DNA of 64,000 nt from assembly GCF_008831285.2 (NCBI RefSeq), contig NC_045138.2, positions 29,574,001 to 29,638,000 of the forward strand. The letters run 5' to 3'. This DNA comes from Nymphaea colorata. Its lineage: Eukaryota. The stretch's first letter is position 1. Each line of letters starts with the position of its first letter. Positions 39,355 to 52,700 of this stretch are shown here, piece by piece. Position numbers and translations under genes: made by a program. The notes under the pieces were generated by a model that saw only the letters and a program-made list of their open reading frames with translations, was not told where the DNA came from and made no database searches.

Positions 39355-42300
39355 CTAGTCCTGGTTCTTGCCTTTCTCCGTGGCCCTTGGGGCTACATAA
39401 AAGAAGGCAACCATTTTTCCAGATTAGACACAAAAGAAGACGGGGAAAGAACTTGTCATGTTGAGCAGTAAAAATTTGTAACTTCACCAAAATGGTATCA
39501 CAGAAAATATGAGCCTTGATACCGTTGGCATTCACTTACCGAGCCCAATTGCCTCGGAGCCCTTCATGATCCTCAACCTTTTACACGAGCCAGTAAACAT
39601 CCTGAGATAAAATAAGCATGATCATTATAAATGACGGCAAACAGAAGTACATGCCTTAACAGGGGATTAAAAAAATCATGTGCAGGATAATGCAGGATCT
39701 TCTGATGGATCTGCTCCCATTTTTTTTCTCGCCTCAATAAACGAGCTTGCAGGATTCTTTATCGAAGCCAACTTGTCCACGAAAAAGTTCAGAAAGCAGG
39801 ACAATAATTTTACAGGCAACGAGGCCTAACAGGTAAGACTTGTTTCCTTGGTAGGCTCAAATCGCAAGACGCAAAAAAGATAGCAGCAGTAGAAAATAAA
39901 AAACAAAATAAAAATCTGCACGACGCAGTGGAAGTCTGAAAGAGATGGCAGGCTGACACCTGCAGAGGCATGTGCACATGTCCAGCCCCGCAAAAGATAT
40001 TCCATATTATTGCAATAAAAACAAATATATTTCTGATAGATCAGCAACACCAAAAAACAAATAGTACTATGGGCCCCGACACAAAACAAAATTCTCTGCT
40101 CTGAGATGACTAAGCAGGTCGGTTGATCATGATCTCATTCTTATGGTAATTCTAGGCACACCTATGCGCACAAGCAATCACAGACAAAAAACTAAAGCAA
40201 TACCGAATCAAGCGACTTTCACGTGCTATCCAAGAAAAACCCTGTAATAAACTCTCTAGAAAGCATCGACAAACCCCTTCAGGTTCCCAGAAGATACAGC
40301 CCGTTTGGCTCCTTCAAGGAGGTGACAGGTGGACTGCCCGCCCCACCACGCCAACCCCTTTTGAGTCTCTCTCACTCATGAACTTTAGCTTATAACGTAG
40401 AGCGTCTAATAGCTGAATTTTACAAACGACGCATTAGCACAAACAACTCACGCAAAGGAAGCTTCATATTTAACAAATAGATTATCCATCGTTCTCTGGG
40501 ATAAATCCATGTTAAACTAATGACAAACACAAATGCTTTTTGATGTCAGGTATGGAGGAGGAAAGTAGAATCAATGGATCCGAACTTTCAGATAAAGAGG
40601 TTTCCATTCGCGAGAAATAGACAAAAGAAGGTGTGACCCACGCTTCACGGTCGATTCCCGATGTCGACGACAGTGATTGAACCATGTTCCCAGGGCTACC
40701 AGTGTTCTTTGCACCGCAGTCTATTTTGTGGTTTTTTTTTTATACAATTTTTTTCAGATAAAAACTGCGAAATAATTCCAAAGGGCCCTTCCGTTTCACG
40801 GGAAAGGAATCCCTTTGCACGGGGTAAAAGGATTTTTATCTGGGTGAAACGAACTGAAAAAGAGATGGACCCCACGCGTTGCATCCGTAGTGAAGGTTCA
40901 AGCATACGGAAGGATCAAGCATGGGGGAGCCAGGTTTCCTCCAGGCCCTCTTCTGCTCGGTTTTTCTCGGCCAACGACTCTTTCCGGTGAAAGGGCTCCT
41001 GTGCTCATTCGGGAAAATGAATTTTGAAAGGGTTCCTCCGCCCTTCTTCAGATGAAGGAGCTCTGAAATTTTGGGGGAACGATACCGAACTTTTATAGAT
41101 AAGAAAGGAAATTCCGAGTTTCGTTTCTACTTACTCCCAGGGAACATCTCCTACAAGCATCCAATCTCCATCCTTGTCTTCATAAGTGAGGACGTACTCC
41201 GATCCATGAAGAAGATCCACCAGCCTGCTCTCACTCAAACCATCTCTGCCTGGTCCCCCGCTTGAGCTACACTGTCCTGAAATTATCATATAAAGTACAC
41301 AAAATTATGATGTGCGGCAAGCTAGGATCTGGAACATGAAAGGCCGTTGGAAGACGGATCCCATCACAATGAGAAATGCAGATATAGGCAAGAAGAAAAA
41401 CTAAACACAGAAAAAATAGGGTGGAAATTTTTCCCCACCCGAGGGCAGATACGTTGATGAAACCAAGAAGCTAGTTGAAAATGAAAAAGAAATCAAGAAA
41501 AAATATTTGTCAGGAAACACACACAAAAGAAGACGCGGTTGGGGCTTGTCGATTTTTTTTTTTTTACTGTAAATATCGGATAAGGGCATCTAGTAAGAGA
41601 GGAAAAAATTTTTAACCAGCATCAAACTTTTCTTAGCCCAGACCATATGCGCAATTTTTCATTTTGTTTTTTGCTTTTCGAAAACGTTTACACAAAGAGA
41701 CACTTTACATATGCACAAAGCAAACTTCAAGAATATAATCAAAGGAATGTTAAGAAGTTGGAGCGTGTTACGAACTCACCAATAGTAAAGCAGCTAAACA
41801 TTTTCTCTAGTGCTGCGGAAAGTTCCTGATAGGTGCGATAGTTTCTCAAATCGATTTTTCTAAGATACGGAGCACCGTCCATGCTGACCTTTACATACAG
41901 ACACTGCGAGCTGGGTTTCTCGGCTTCCGCGTTGGCCTTGGTGGGATTCGAGGCCATGGTGTTCTTCCTATACGACCTGATTGGCGGCCAACCTACAACC
42001 TGAGCCCTATTCCAACGAACAAGCAGGATCAGTATCACCACATTGAGAATTCTCTGTGAAGGAAGAGAACGATGAAGTAAAAACGAGCCTTTTTGGATAA
42101 GAAAACCTGTGCAAGTTGAAATTATTATGTAATTCAGAAAACATTCGTCATTGTTTAACCACAGCCAAGATTTTGGTGCACATTTTTGCTACTAACTAGA
42201 AAAGAAGTCTAAAAAATATAGCTCCGAAGTTTGGATTAAAATCAAGGCGTATCCGCAGTGATCTTTAACCGATCTATCTAACAAAGGAAAAAGAAAAAGG

Positions 42301-42972
42301 AAAATTCCTCAAGAATTAGAGCTCTTACTTGGCAGCAGGCGCAACGGAAGGGTCATCTGCAGGAGAAACCTTGGGTTCATGACCTTTCTCTTTGGCTGCC
42401 GGATCTTTGACAGACACACCAGAAGTTGCTGCTTGACAGCCGTCCATAGCGGCTAAATGCTTTCCTGCAGCGCTTGCTCTGGGGGAATTAAAGGATGATG
42501 GCAAGTGATCCAGCCCTCCGCCATTGTGCCAATTTGGTCCAAGCCCTGGCTTTGTACCAGCCTTCCCGCCAAGGGCAGCCCCAATAAATCCATCCAGTGG
42601 AGCTGGCTTAGACTTATTAAACTCGCCTCCCAGGTCGGAAAGCACCCACTTACCCTCTGCCTTCGAACCATCAACTGTGGCATGAAACCCCCTCTTAGCA
42701 CCAGAGCCAAAATTCTTCAGAGATGACAAAAAGTTTTGGCCTTTCTCTTCAACTTTGGGAGGTCCCAACAAACTTAGCTCAGTCTTCCTCTCGGGAGAAC
42801 CAGACCCAGGAGGCCCGAGCCTTAATTCAGTCTCTTTGAGGTTCAGCATGATTTCTTCTTGTCCGTTCGCCTTTGAAGAAGGGACTCCAGATCCTTCCAT
42901 GGAGGAACTCTCCGAAACTCCTATGTAATCATGCTCCCTGAGATCCTGAAGCTTAACTCCGCAGGTAGTCAT
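39355..42972 (-). CDS. IAA: Aux/IAA auxin-responsive transcriptional repressor (IAA8/IAA9/IAA27 clade), 370 aa
   Basis: Exons 42972-42329, 42006-41780, 41276-41135, 39601-39540 and 39392-39355, all GT-AG, total 1113 nt. Motifs: EHDYIG, domain [19 protein letters not shown], degron [14 protein letters not shown], and PB1 domain ([48 protein letters not shown]). Confidence 0.95.
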
Positions 42973-45900
42973 CAAAACTCAGACTGTGAGAGATTTCTGA
43001 AATCATGAAAATGAAGTTGAGCGCACGGTGAAAGACTCGGAAAGCAAGAGCTATTTCTCTCAAAAGCAAATGGGGTATGCCAGAAATCACTCCGTCTTTT
43101 ATACCCAGTTTCTTTTTTAAATAATTTATTTTGTTTTTTTCTTTCAAGAAAATAGGGGGATGGGCAAGGACGAAAAAATTAAAGGCTAGAGTGGGTAGGG
43201 AACCAGAAAGGTTGATACAGATCAACTTTTCTTTCTACCCTGTATATTTTAGCACTAAAAAGCTATAAAACCACCGACAAGGTTCTCCACAATTACTGAC
43301 GAGGTCTTTTCTCTTTTGTTTATTAACTTTATATAGTCTTTCACTTAATGCGGGTCATTTTAGGTTCTAACTGAAAGGGTGATAGTAAATGAAATCGGGG
43401 TGGTAGGAATATGGAATAAAAAAAGAATACAAGGAGAAGAGAGAGAGGAAGGCGAAAAGGAAAACAGAAAAAAGAAAACGTAGAGATAATGGTGAGTAGC
43501 CGATTAGATGGCCCAAGTGGTGGAGCAACAGAAGTCTGCCGTATACGTTAAAACTTCAAAGAATGTGTCGGAAGCGGGTCCAGGTGACCAAAAGGAGACT
43601 CGGAGACGATGCGGTGGCTGGGTGGATGGGTGTGGTGCTAGAACTTTGAAGCAACTGTTGACCGAACACAGTGATCATGAGAGAGAGAGAGAGAGAGAGA
43701 GCCTGCAAAAACGAGGCAGGCGACAGAGGAAAAGAAACGTCAGACTCGTAGCTGCCTCTTTTTCCTTTCCTTTTTTTTTTTTTTTCTTTTCGACTCAAAG
43801 GATGCTGTCTGTGCTGACTGCTGATCAGATGAAAGGAACGGGGTGATGGGAAATGCGTTTCACAGAGAAATTTGCAGAAGACGCTAACGCGAAACCCCAC
43901 ACTGTTGACCGAACGGAGAAAGGCGAGCCGGTGTTCGGCGGCAACTCTGCCGGAGAAGACCCAGCGTGACCGGAAAGCAACCTCTCACCGAAAAGAATGG
44001 AGACTGCAGCGCGATTGCACATTTGACGACGAATGCCTTGTCCACCATGAAACGTGACGGAGAAAGTGGAGGAGTTTTGTGCCAGTGGCGCAGAAAGATT
44101 GAATGATGGGCTAAGTAAGCACCCCAAAAGAACCATTTTTCTAGTGGAGATTAGGTCACCTAAAGAGAGGTGGAACCACTTTGCCTAGGGTCACAGTTTC
44201 GCATGACCCCAGGAGCTATTCCCCAGCTTGGACATCGAAAAAGCATGAAAAAGAACGAAGGCAAAAATGCAACCTGAAGCCTGATATAATGAAAGGCAGA
44301 AAACATGAGAAGAAAATCCAGAGCAAAACGAAACAAATCAAGGCCTTCCGTTAGATTAGCCGCCGTTTCACTGATCGGAGACAGACCGGAAAATGGTCAA
44401 ACGTGTCCAAGTAGGATCGAAAACTGCGACCATCGCCGGAAGTCAGGCACTGGACGAGGTCGAATTATCAGGCACCATAGCCGTGGTGAAAAATGTCAGA
44501 TCGAAGAGATGATGGCAAGAAAATATGCCGGAAAAAGAAAGAACGAACACGGACAAAGACTAATGTTCATGAAACCTTGGAGCCAGTATAGCCACCGGTT
44601 CAAACAACGGGCCGAAAGCACCGGACTCAAATGAACGGCCTAATGTGAGGAGCACAGCAAAGGGCTGAAAGAGTTGCATGACAAGTGAACAAACATCAAT
44701 AATTGGTTGGAAACAAACACTACAAGACCTGCAGCGCCCCAGAAAATTTAACGTAGAATCACAAGTGCAACCAAACACTAGAGAATTTGTGATCGAGAAA
44801 GCTTAGCAGCAAGATTTGCCGTAGTGGCAGAAGACAGAAAACCATCTCCATCATACACTAGGAACAGAAGAGAGGAAAATCAATCAACTCCAGGATGGAG
44901 AAAAATAGCGGTAGAGAGTGGTCGAAGCGGCTCGGGATGTAGGAAAAACCACACCCCAATTTCTTCCGCCGATCAAAATAATCTCAAAAAACTGAGAAAG
45001 AGGAACCCAGCGCAAAATCGGCAACAATGCTTCAAGAATTGCTGGAGGCCAGAAGGTACCAAGAACAGGCGAAAGCACCGGGAAATGAACACTAGAAAAG
45101 AAAACACCGGCCGCTTGAAAGTAACCATAAAATTGGCTGAGGGGTAACAAATTGAAATAGAAATATAAGAATCGCTTAGCAATCACCGAGAACAAGGCTC
45201 AAAATTCAGTAAGACATGACGATGAGAAAAAAAAAACGAGAAGGAAAAACAAGGAGATTGATCTCCTTGCGGGAAGAGAAAAAAAAGAGCGGCCGGAAAA
45301 ACTGATACCAGAAAGGCAATCGGAAAACAGGAAACTCAATAAGTCGGCCTCAGAATGTCGGATAAGAGACCTAAGAATGAGACGCGCGAAACGGCTTAAA
45401 CAAGGACAGGCCAAACCAGGCCAAAGAGAGAACAACAGAGAGAGAAAAACAAACAGAAAAGCCATAAAATGAAACTCAGCCAACAAATCTCCGGTAAGAA
45501 AGTTGAAAACGATAGCGCCAGAAGGCGGCAGGCTTAAGCCCCGCCTGAAAACGATCAAAGACAACAAAACACGGCAATCTCCGGTAGGAAAGACAAGAGG
45601 CAGACGCACCAGAGCTCTTCAGCAACAAACAAGCTAAACTCGGCGGGAAAAAGCTCGTAAAGAGTTCGTAAACCGATATCCGTCATCAGCAAAACGCGCC
45701 GGAAGACTCCGCCTCACCGGAAAAACTCAGACCGACGCCGGCAACTCGCCCGAAAGACCAACCGGAAAAGTAGAAAGCGGGATAAACAGCGAGCACGAAA
45801 CACGCAATTCGTCTCTGCTTCGACAAGGAGAGAGCTAGCGCGCGGCCGTACCATGAGTGTGGCGACGAAGGCGAGGCATTGGAACCGGATATTGCCGGTG

Positions 45901-46649
45901 GACCCACAGACACCTGCCCGTTTGCCGGCCGGCTACCGAAACCATGAAATCAATCCTTTAATGACATAAATGTCCTCCCCTGCACATGAACGCGACTGCC
46001 CCTTTCATTCTCTCAAATACCTTCAATGTCCTTCAACTGTTTTGGGTCTTATCTTCTTTTTGACTTACGCAAACTAAAACCGAAATGAATTTGTGAAGAG
46101 AGTCGTTAGCCGGTGGCACGGCAAAGATAGATTAGACCACAACATTTTACTTGTTCAAACCATAGCTTGGTGAATTTTATCTATTATGAATTAGACAATA
46201 AGTAAGCAGTAGATATTTTATAGTAGAATTCAAACACCAGTGTTAGATCTGAGAAATCCGAAGCTATCAAATATAGTCTATCATAAAATTTTTAAATTTA
46301 ACTCCAAGAATCGAAGTAGACAAAATTCACAGTAGCATTTAGTGTTGGTGTCATCAAAATCGAAGCGCGTGTGCCAATATAAAAACAACACAGTAGATCA
46401 AAGTTAAGGTCGACACTAATACACCCTCTCCAAGATACGCAAGCAACATATTAGTAGCCAAGTTGATGTTAATGTAGTGTGTATAATATATATATATACA
46501 ATATGTGGTGGTTGTGAGTTGTTCGAAAATATATAATATATTTGGTTTGCAATCATTAACGGCCCTGTTGCAGCAAATGTATAAGATTAATTGAAAAGCT
46601 AAAAAAATAAAGGCTTAGGAGTTGGAGTTGGAGTTGAATTAAAATAATG

Positions 46650-47350
46650 AAAGGCTAAGCCGACAAAAATCTCGGCCTTACGCCACCATAAACCAGCTCG
46701 TTGCGTCGGGGGCTCCGTTTGGTCAAACCACCACGCACTCGCGCTCCTCGCGGGGGAACACGGTGACGTCATCCGAGCTTTGACCGAACATTACCGTCCG
46801 AAAGGAATTTCATGGAGGGGTGAATTAGTCATTAGGGTGGGGAAGCCTCCCGAGGGGAGGAGTGAAGTGAAGGAGCGGTGAAAAAATACGGTCCGGCGAA
46901 AATCCGACAGGGTCCTCTTCGAAGTCGACGCTGGCGGGACCCGCTCCATCAGATATCTCCTCGACGCCGATCGGACGGCTCGGATTCGCCCCCAGCGGAA
47001 GGGCAAAAACGGTAAGGAAAAATATCAAAAGGAGCGAACCGCATGGAACCCACGGTGGGGCGCGCTCTCACCGGGTCCCACCCCGGGCCTGGGGTCCACC
47101 TCTCCCTCCTTCCGCCTCGCCGGCCAATAGGCATCGCCGTGGGTGGGTCCCACGAGAAAAGTGAAGGCGGGGAACCTGGCCGGGGATCTGTCGCGTGAGT
47201 TGATGGCGCATCATTTCTTGTTATGGTGATGTCGGAACCGTTCATCTGGAAAGCGGGTCACGATCGACGGTTTTCCTGTTTCGTGTTGCGCCCCCCGTGT
47301 TTGTTCCTTTTGAGCGCTTCGGGGGATGAGATCTCGAAATTCGAAATCCA
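46650..47350 (-). promoter_or_regulatory. CpG-rich promoter/enhancer-like island upstream of the Aux/IAA gene
   Basis: GC/CpG-rich with no credible ORF. Contains the class-I TCP-type palindrome GTGGGTCCCAC (47143-47153), a GGTCCCAC near 47075, TGACGTCA near 46764, and CCGACA/TGTCGG at 46660, 46904 and 47230. Confidence 0.5.
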
Positions 47351-49593
47351 TATCCGAATCGTTTTTGCCCTGTTCGAAATTTTATTGAGATTAGAGAGAG
47401 AGAAATGACGTTCGAGAAATGTGACGCCGGAATAGGGGAACACGATTAATTTTTTTTATTGAAAATGCGCTGCCAATGGTCGTCAATCGTTCATTTTTAA
47501 AATGTTTTTACTCGTAATTAAAAACTTTTCTTATATTGTTTCGAAAATTAAAAATTAGTCGACCGGGACTCTTGTTGACCCCAATTACAAATTCGCTTCA
47601 GCAACTTTATTGTAAAAAACTACAAATATAAGCTTTTTTTTTTAGTATCACAACCAAAAAAACGTACTTACGATTTTTAGGAGTGTTTGTTTGGCTTTAG
47701 CACTTACTAAAGCTATCCTCACTGTCCTATGCTCACCAACCTGGCTCGCCCATATTTGATAATGACTCCGGAGAGGGTGTGAAGGAAGTCTGGTTTGTGT
47801 GGACCAAGTGGGTGCTGTCCGGTTTAGCCGGCACCTCCACTGAAAGTAGTTAATGTCTTTTATTTTTTTTTAATTGCTAAAAATTGAACAGTTAATAGAT
47901 TTTGAGTATATTGACTTAAACCCAAATTTTAGGTTACGGTTTTGCAACTAAAAGATCCTTTGCCAAATTTGTACAAGTCTTATGTACAAACGTATGCCAA
48001 ACAAAAAAAAGGGATACAAAATCTGACCTAACTTCCAACCTAACCTGCAAACTTAACTTGCCTAACTTTTTGAGATCTTACTAACAACTGCATGTGCAGA
48101 AAGAAAGTGACATTTTGGATGTTTGATTAATGTTTTTCATATTCAGCACAAACAAACATTATTCATATTCATGTCCAAGGAGGTTGATGCAACGATCGAG
48201 GCGAGAGCTAATAGGTAACCAGTTCCTGTTTCGAATTCTTAGAGTGTCCTTTGTGTTGTAAAAAGATGCCCATTGATATGAAAGTTGAAACATAAAAAAA
48301 ATGGCAGAATGAAGCAAAATGGGGGTAATAAGATGAAATACTCCTCCTACTCATCCAAAAAAGATGAAATACTCTTCCTACTCGCCCAAAAATACTATTC
48401 ATATTCTTCTGAGAAATATAAACCCATTCTTCTGTACCAATGCACCACCAGTCTAGCATGTAGATATGGATGCCCTTTGTTTCAGGGGGACTTTCACTGG
48501 GAACTTGGCAAAGGCTCGCAATGAAGTTTGGTTCATCGTGCATCAACAAGTCCTTTTTACAGTTGTTCTAACCCCTTAGTTTTCCCAAACATATATCAAA
48601 CGCACGTATTTTTATTTCATATGCTAATGTCCATCAGTTGTCACATAGTTTTTGGTAGCAACGCTTCTGTTGTGCTTGAAAGCAACAGCACTGGGTTACT
48701 GTTTTGCTAATGTGTCAGTTAAATAGTTGTTTTGAAAGGGCATGAACAAATTCACAGTTTCGGCAACAATTGCAGAAAGAAAGCACTGACAAACCAACAG
48801 AGCTAACTGAACATTTGTTTCAGCCTTCCTAATATGAATGAGACTGTTTTTATACAGACAAGGGCCTCTGTTGCAGGTGACACATGGGAGAGGTGTTTTA
48901 ACGGCATCCACGGAGTCTCAACTCTCCTTATGGGTAACGTTTTCCACTGGGGTGATCACTTTCATGAGATGGCTTTTCCAAGGGAAAGAGCTACCACATG
49001 ATCACGTCCATGAAACAAACGCCTTACTTTCCCAAGCATTAGGAAAGTTAAGCCTCATTCCGTCCGCATCTGGTACGTGCCAAGGTGTGTGTGTGCACGC
49101 ACACACGCATGCTTAAAAAAGAGAGAGAGATCCTCTGTGTTAATTGCAGCATGTGAAAACACGAGCTTCAGCAAACAATTCCAGCAGCAATCGGAATATT
49201 GCTACAGATGCCATCTTGGAAATTGCATTCCACTGTCGGCAAATTATGGTACGGGAGTTGGATTTCTCCGCTTAACTTATTCTTCACATGCATGGCTACA
49301 AGCCATAGCAGAGGACACTATGTATGTATATAGTGTCAACAATGTAGTCCATACACCCTGTGCCCTTTGAACACTATAGTCGAGATAGAGAGAGAGATAG
49401 AGAGAGAAAGAGAGATATTCTCCTGTGCCCACTTTAGCAGGTGAAGTGTAGTCCGTAGACCCTTTGCGGTTTGCACAATATGCATGCGTCCAAACCACAG
49501 GAGAGGGAAGAAACAGAGATGTCAGATGACATTCCACATGTGAAACAACGACTACATGCACAATTTTGCATGTTGAGCACAGATACACGCATG

Positions 49594-49605
49594 CACACAC
49601 ACACA

Positions 49606-49641
<36 letters not shown>
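49594..49641. repeat. Compound (CA)n(GA)n microsatellite in the EMC1 3'UTR
   Basis: Directly visible CACACA...GAGAGA run. Other simple repeats at about 8958-8977 (CT), 21928-21956 (GA), 22633-22652 (TA), 23904-23923 (CT), 35127-35147 (TA), 43679-43701 (GA) and 62427-62454 (TA/TG). Confidence 0.95.
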
Positions 49642-49644
<3 letters not shown>

Positions 49645-49767
49645 ATGCATATATCACAAAAACAAAATTCTTGTGCAACTTGATGTAGCAGCACGATGAA
49701 GTCAAAAAGAGAGAGAAAGCGAGAGAGCATAATGAAAACGAACAGTAACCAGAAATAAAAAGGGAAG

Positions 49768-52700
49768 TCACCTCCACTTCTCCCTGAGTTCCTTTTTCTC
49801 AGATAAGATCCAAGTGGCAATGATGGCTCCAACCAATGCAACTATTGTGATAAGCAGAAGTGCGTAACTGAAATCCTCAGTGAGTGAGTCGTAGGTCCGA
49901 GAAGGTGCAATTCTTGTGAAAAAGACATCCACACCATATGTGAAAACCAGAGCCGTTGATTCGAGCCTTGATGGGACAGTCACTATGCCACGTAGGCCTT
50001 CCACTTGAAGTGAATGTGTTATGTATGACTGAAGATATGGAGTTACCCATAAAGCATGTTATGTACAGAAGAAGTTTGCATAAAGTGATTATTGGAAAAG
50101 GAATTGCAGCTAAAATACTAAATGTTGAATAACTGGAACTCAAAGCCACTTTAAATATCCAAAATCAGAATTCTAGATATGGAGAAAGGCAAACATGATC
50201 TTCACGGAAAACAGAGAGGAGACAGAAAGAATATTAACAGCAAACATGCTCCTCTCCTCTCTGAAAACGGAGAGGGAGAGAGAGACAGAGACAGAGAGAA
50301 TTTTCAGCAAATTCCTTGTAATCCTGAAATTTAACTGGCTTAAGAAATGAATCGTGAAATGAATTCTCAACCCATTTCAAATTCTGGATTTGCATTGGCA
50401 TACTTTTACAATACGAATTTGAATGTCTTTAAAATGATTTTAGATGAATCAGAATTAAGGAAGAAAACTACGCACAGCTGATATTTCACATTTTGTCAAT
50501 GCAATTGAAGCAACAAAAGGAATCAGAAAGGAACCAGCAGATGAGAAGCACACAAACCTGTGGAAAAATCGGTAGTGCATCTGTTAGTGGTATAATCCCC
50601 TCTTCCCTTTCAGATGGAGAAGGATCAGGTGTTCGTCGTGGATCAAGAAATCGTTTATCAAGAGCCAATACCTAAGTCCATAAAAAATGCTTAAAGCATG
50701 AAAATAATGAAATTGATAAACCAAATGTTTCAATATTGCCGACAGTTAAATCTATTTAAGACCAAAATCAATTCCGACCTGATCAGAAATGGTGCCAATA
50801 AGTAACTGCTTGGAAGTGATACCCTTGACTGTTGCAGTCACTGCCATTGTTTTCACTGAATGTGTGAAGAAGTAACTTTGTGCCTTCACTGTCACTTCCG
50901 GACGGGAATAAGAAGATATGGGCACGGTCAGATTGTGTTTCCCAAACATAAGTCTAAGCACATCCTTGTTATCCTGTAAACAAGAGGAACATACGAACTT
51001 CAGACCCCAAAAAGATGCAGAAACAATGACAAAATTGAAAACTCAAAGCACAAGTGGAAAATTATAAAGAGAAAACACTGAAGCTTACAGCCCGAGATTC
51101 ATCATATATCTCCATAACTGAAATCTCGTATCTGTGTGCCCTAAGATTGAAATAGTGGTAGACAACCCAGTTCTCACTGAAGACCTTTAAGCAGGACAAT
51201 CAAGAACAAAAATTAGATCTGCATCCGACTTAGCAATCAAATTATTCCCTAACTCACATAAGTGTCAATCTCCAAAGCAAAGTTGAAACTTACAGCATTG
51301 ACAGGACCTTGTGCACCAAGATGTGTCACACGATGCAAGATGCGCCCAGTCACTGTATCAATAAGGTATGCAACCAACCAGGCTTCATCTGGGGTACATG
51401 ACCCAATTCTACCACTGGCTTTTGGTGAAACAGTAACCACAAACAGCAAATTCTTGGAGATATACTTATACATCACATCTTGGTCCCCTAGTATCTTTGC
51501 TTGAGTATGAACAGCCTGCAAAGTAGAGTCGCTCATCAAGAATACACTTAACAGCACAATATGAAGAAACATATAAGCCATTTGAGTGAAGGAGACACAA
51601 AACTATGATTGCAATAGGCTGGCTATGAATGTACATAACTCTTGCTGGAAACAGGGTTTCAGCTGCCCACAGAAAAGTCAACATTCAAACCAAGTCATAA
51701 TCATATAATGCCCCTGAAAATACAATTCTGAACATCCAACAGATATGCATTATGCAACTGATCTGCAATATGCAAATGGTCATATCAAATTCATAGCGAA
51801 ACATTAGCTGTCAACATGGTTACTACAATGATTAGTCTGTTCTCTTCAACTGGCTGGACTATAAGTGTGACGGCCATACATTTAGAAATTCAGTTGGCTT
51901 GGAAAGAAGAAAAAAAGGGTAAATCTAGCGTGCCCTTCAACTAGACAGTCAATTCCATTCTGCTGCCCTTTAGAAACAAATTTTCAAATACATTACTTTA
52001 GTATTTTCTGAAAGCTCCAATTAAACTACAGGTGTTGGATAACAGACTAAGCCTGCAGGTACATAAAGGTGAGAAGGCCAAAGGCTAAGATTGCAGTCCC
52101 ATTGTTCCCAGATCCAGTTCACCTTTAACAGGTAGATTCTCACCCATGCCTTGGGGTGCCAATGGATCGGTAGAAAATTTCATATCAGATCCAAGAACGA
52201 CAAAAAAGATGTTTGATATCTACAATTCTCAATAAAAAAAGACAAATTACAGACACATGCATGTAAGGCTGGGCACCGGGCCGGGCCGCCACCGGGTACC
52301 CGGTACCCGGCCCTACTCTTTATCGGGCCGGCTCGGGTGGGCCCAATAAGCCCGATTCGGGCCCGATAATTTATTTTTTATTAATTTATATATATATATT
52401 ATTTTATTATAATTATTTATATTTATATATTATTTTATATTAAAAATATATTTTTAAAAATTTAATCGGCCCGAGCTCGGGCTCAGGTTTTCCGAGTCGG
52501 GCCAGACACAGGCCCGGTTTTTGGATGTCAGGCCGGCCTGATGCCCAAGCTTACACGCATGCATGCAAGCACATGCACTATGTGGATTACTTGATACGAT
52601 TTTCCACATGGAAGATGCTACAGGATTTGGATCTAAGCCTAGAAACAGAACCTCCTGGATGAATCTGGGTCAGGATTACCCAAACCTGACTTAGAGTGGA

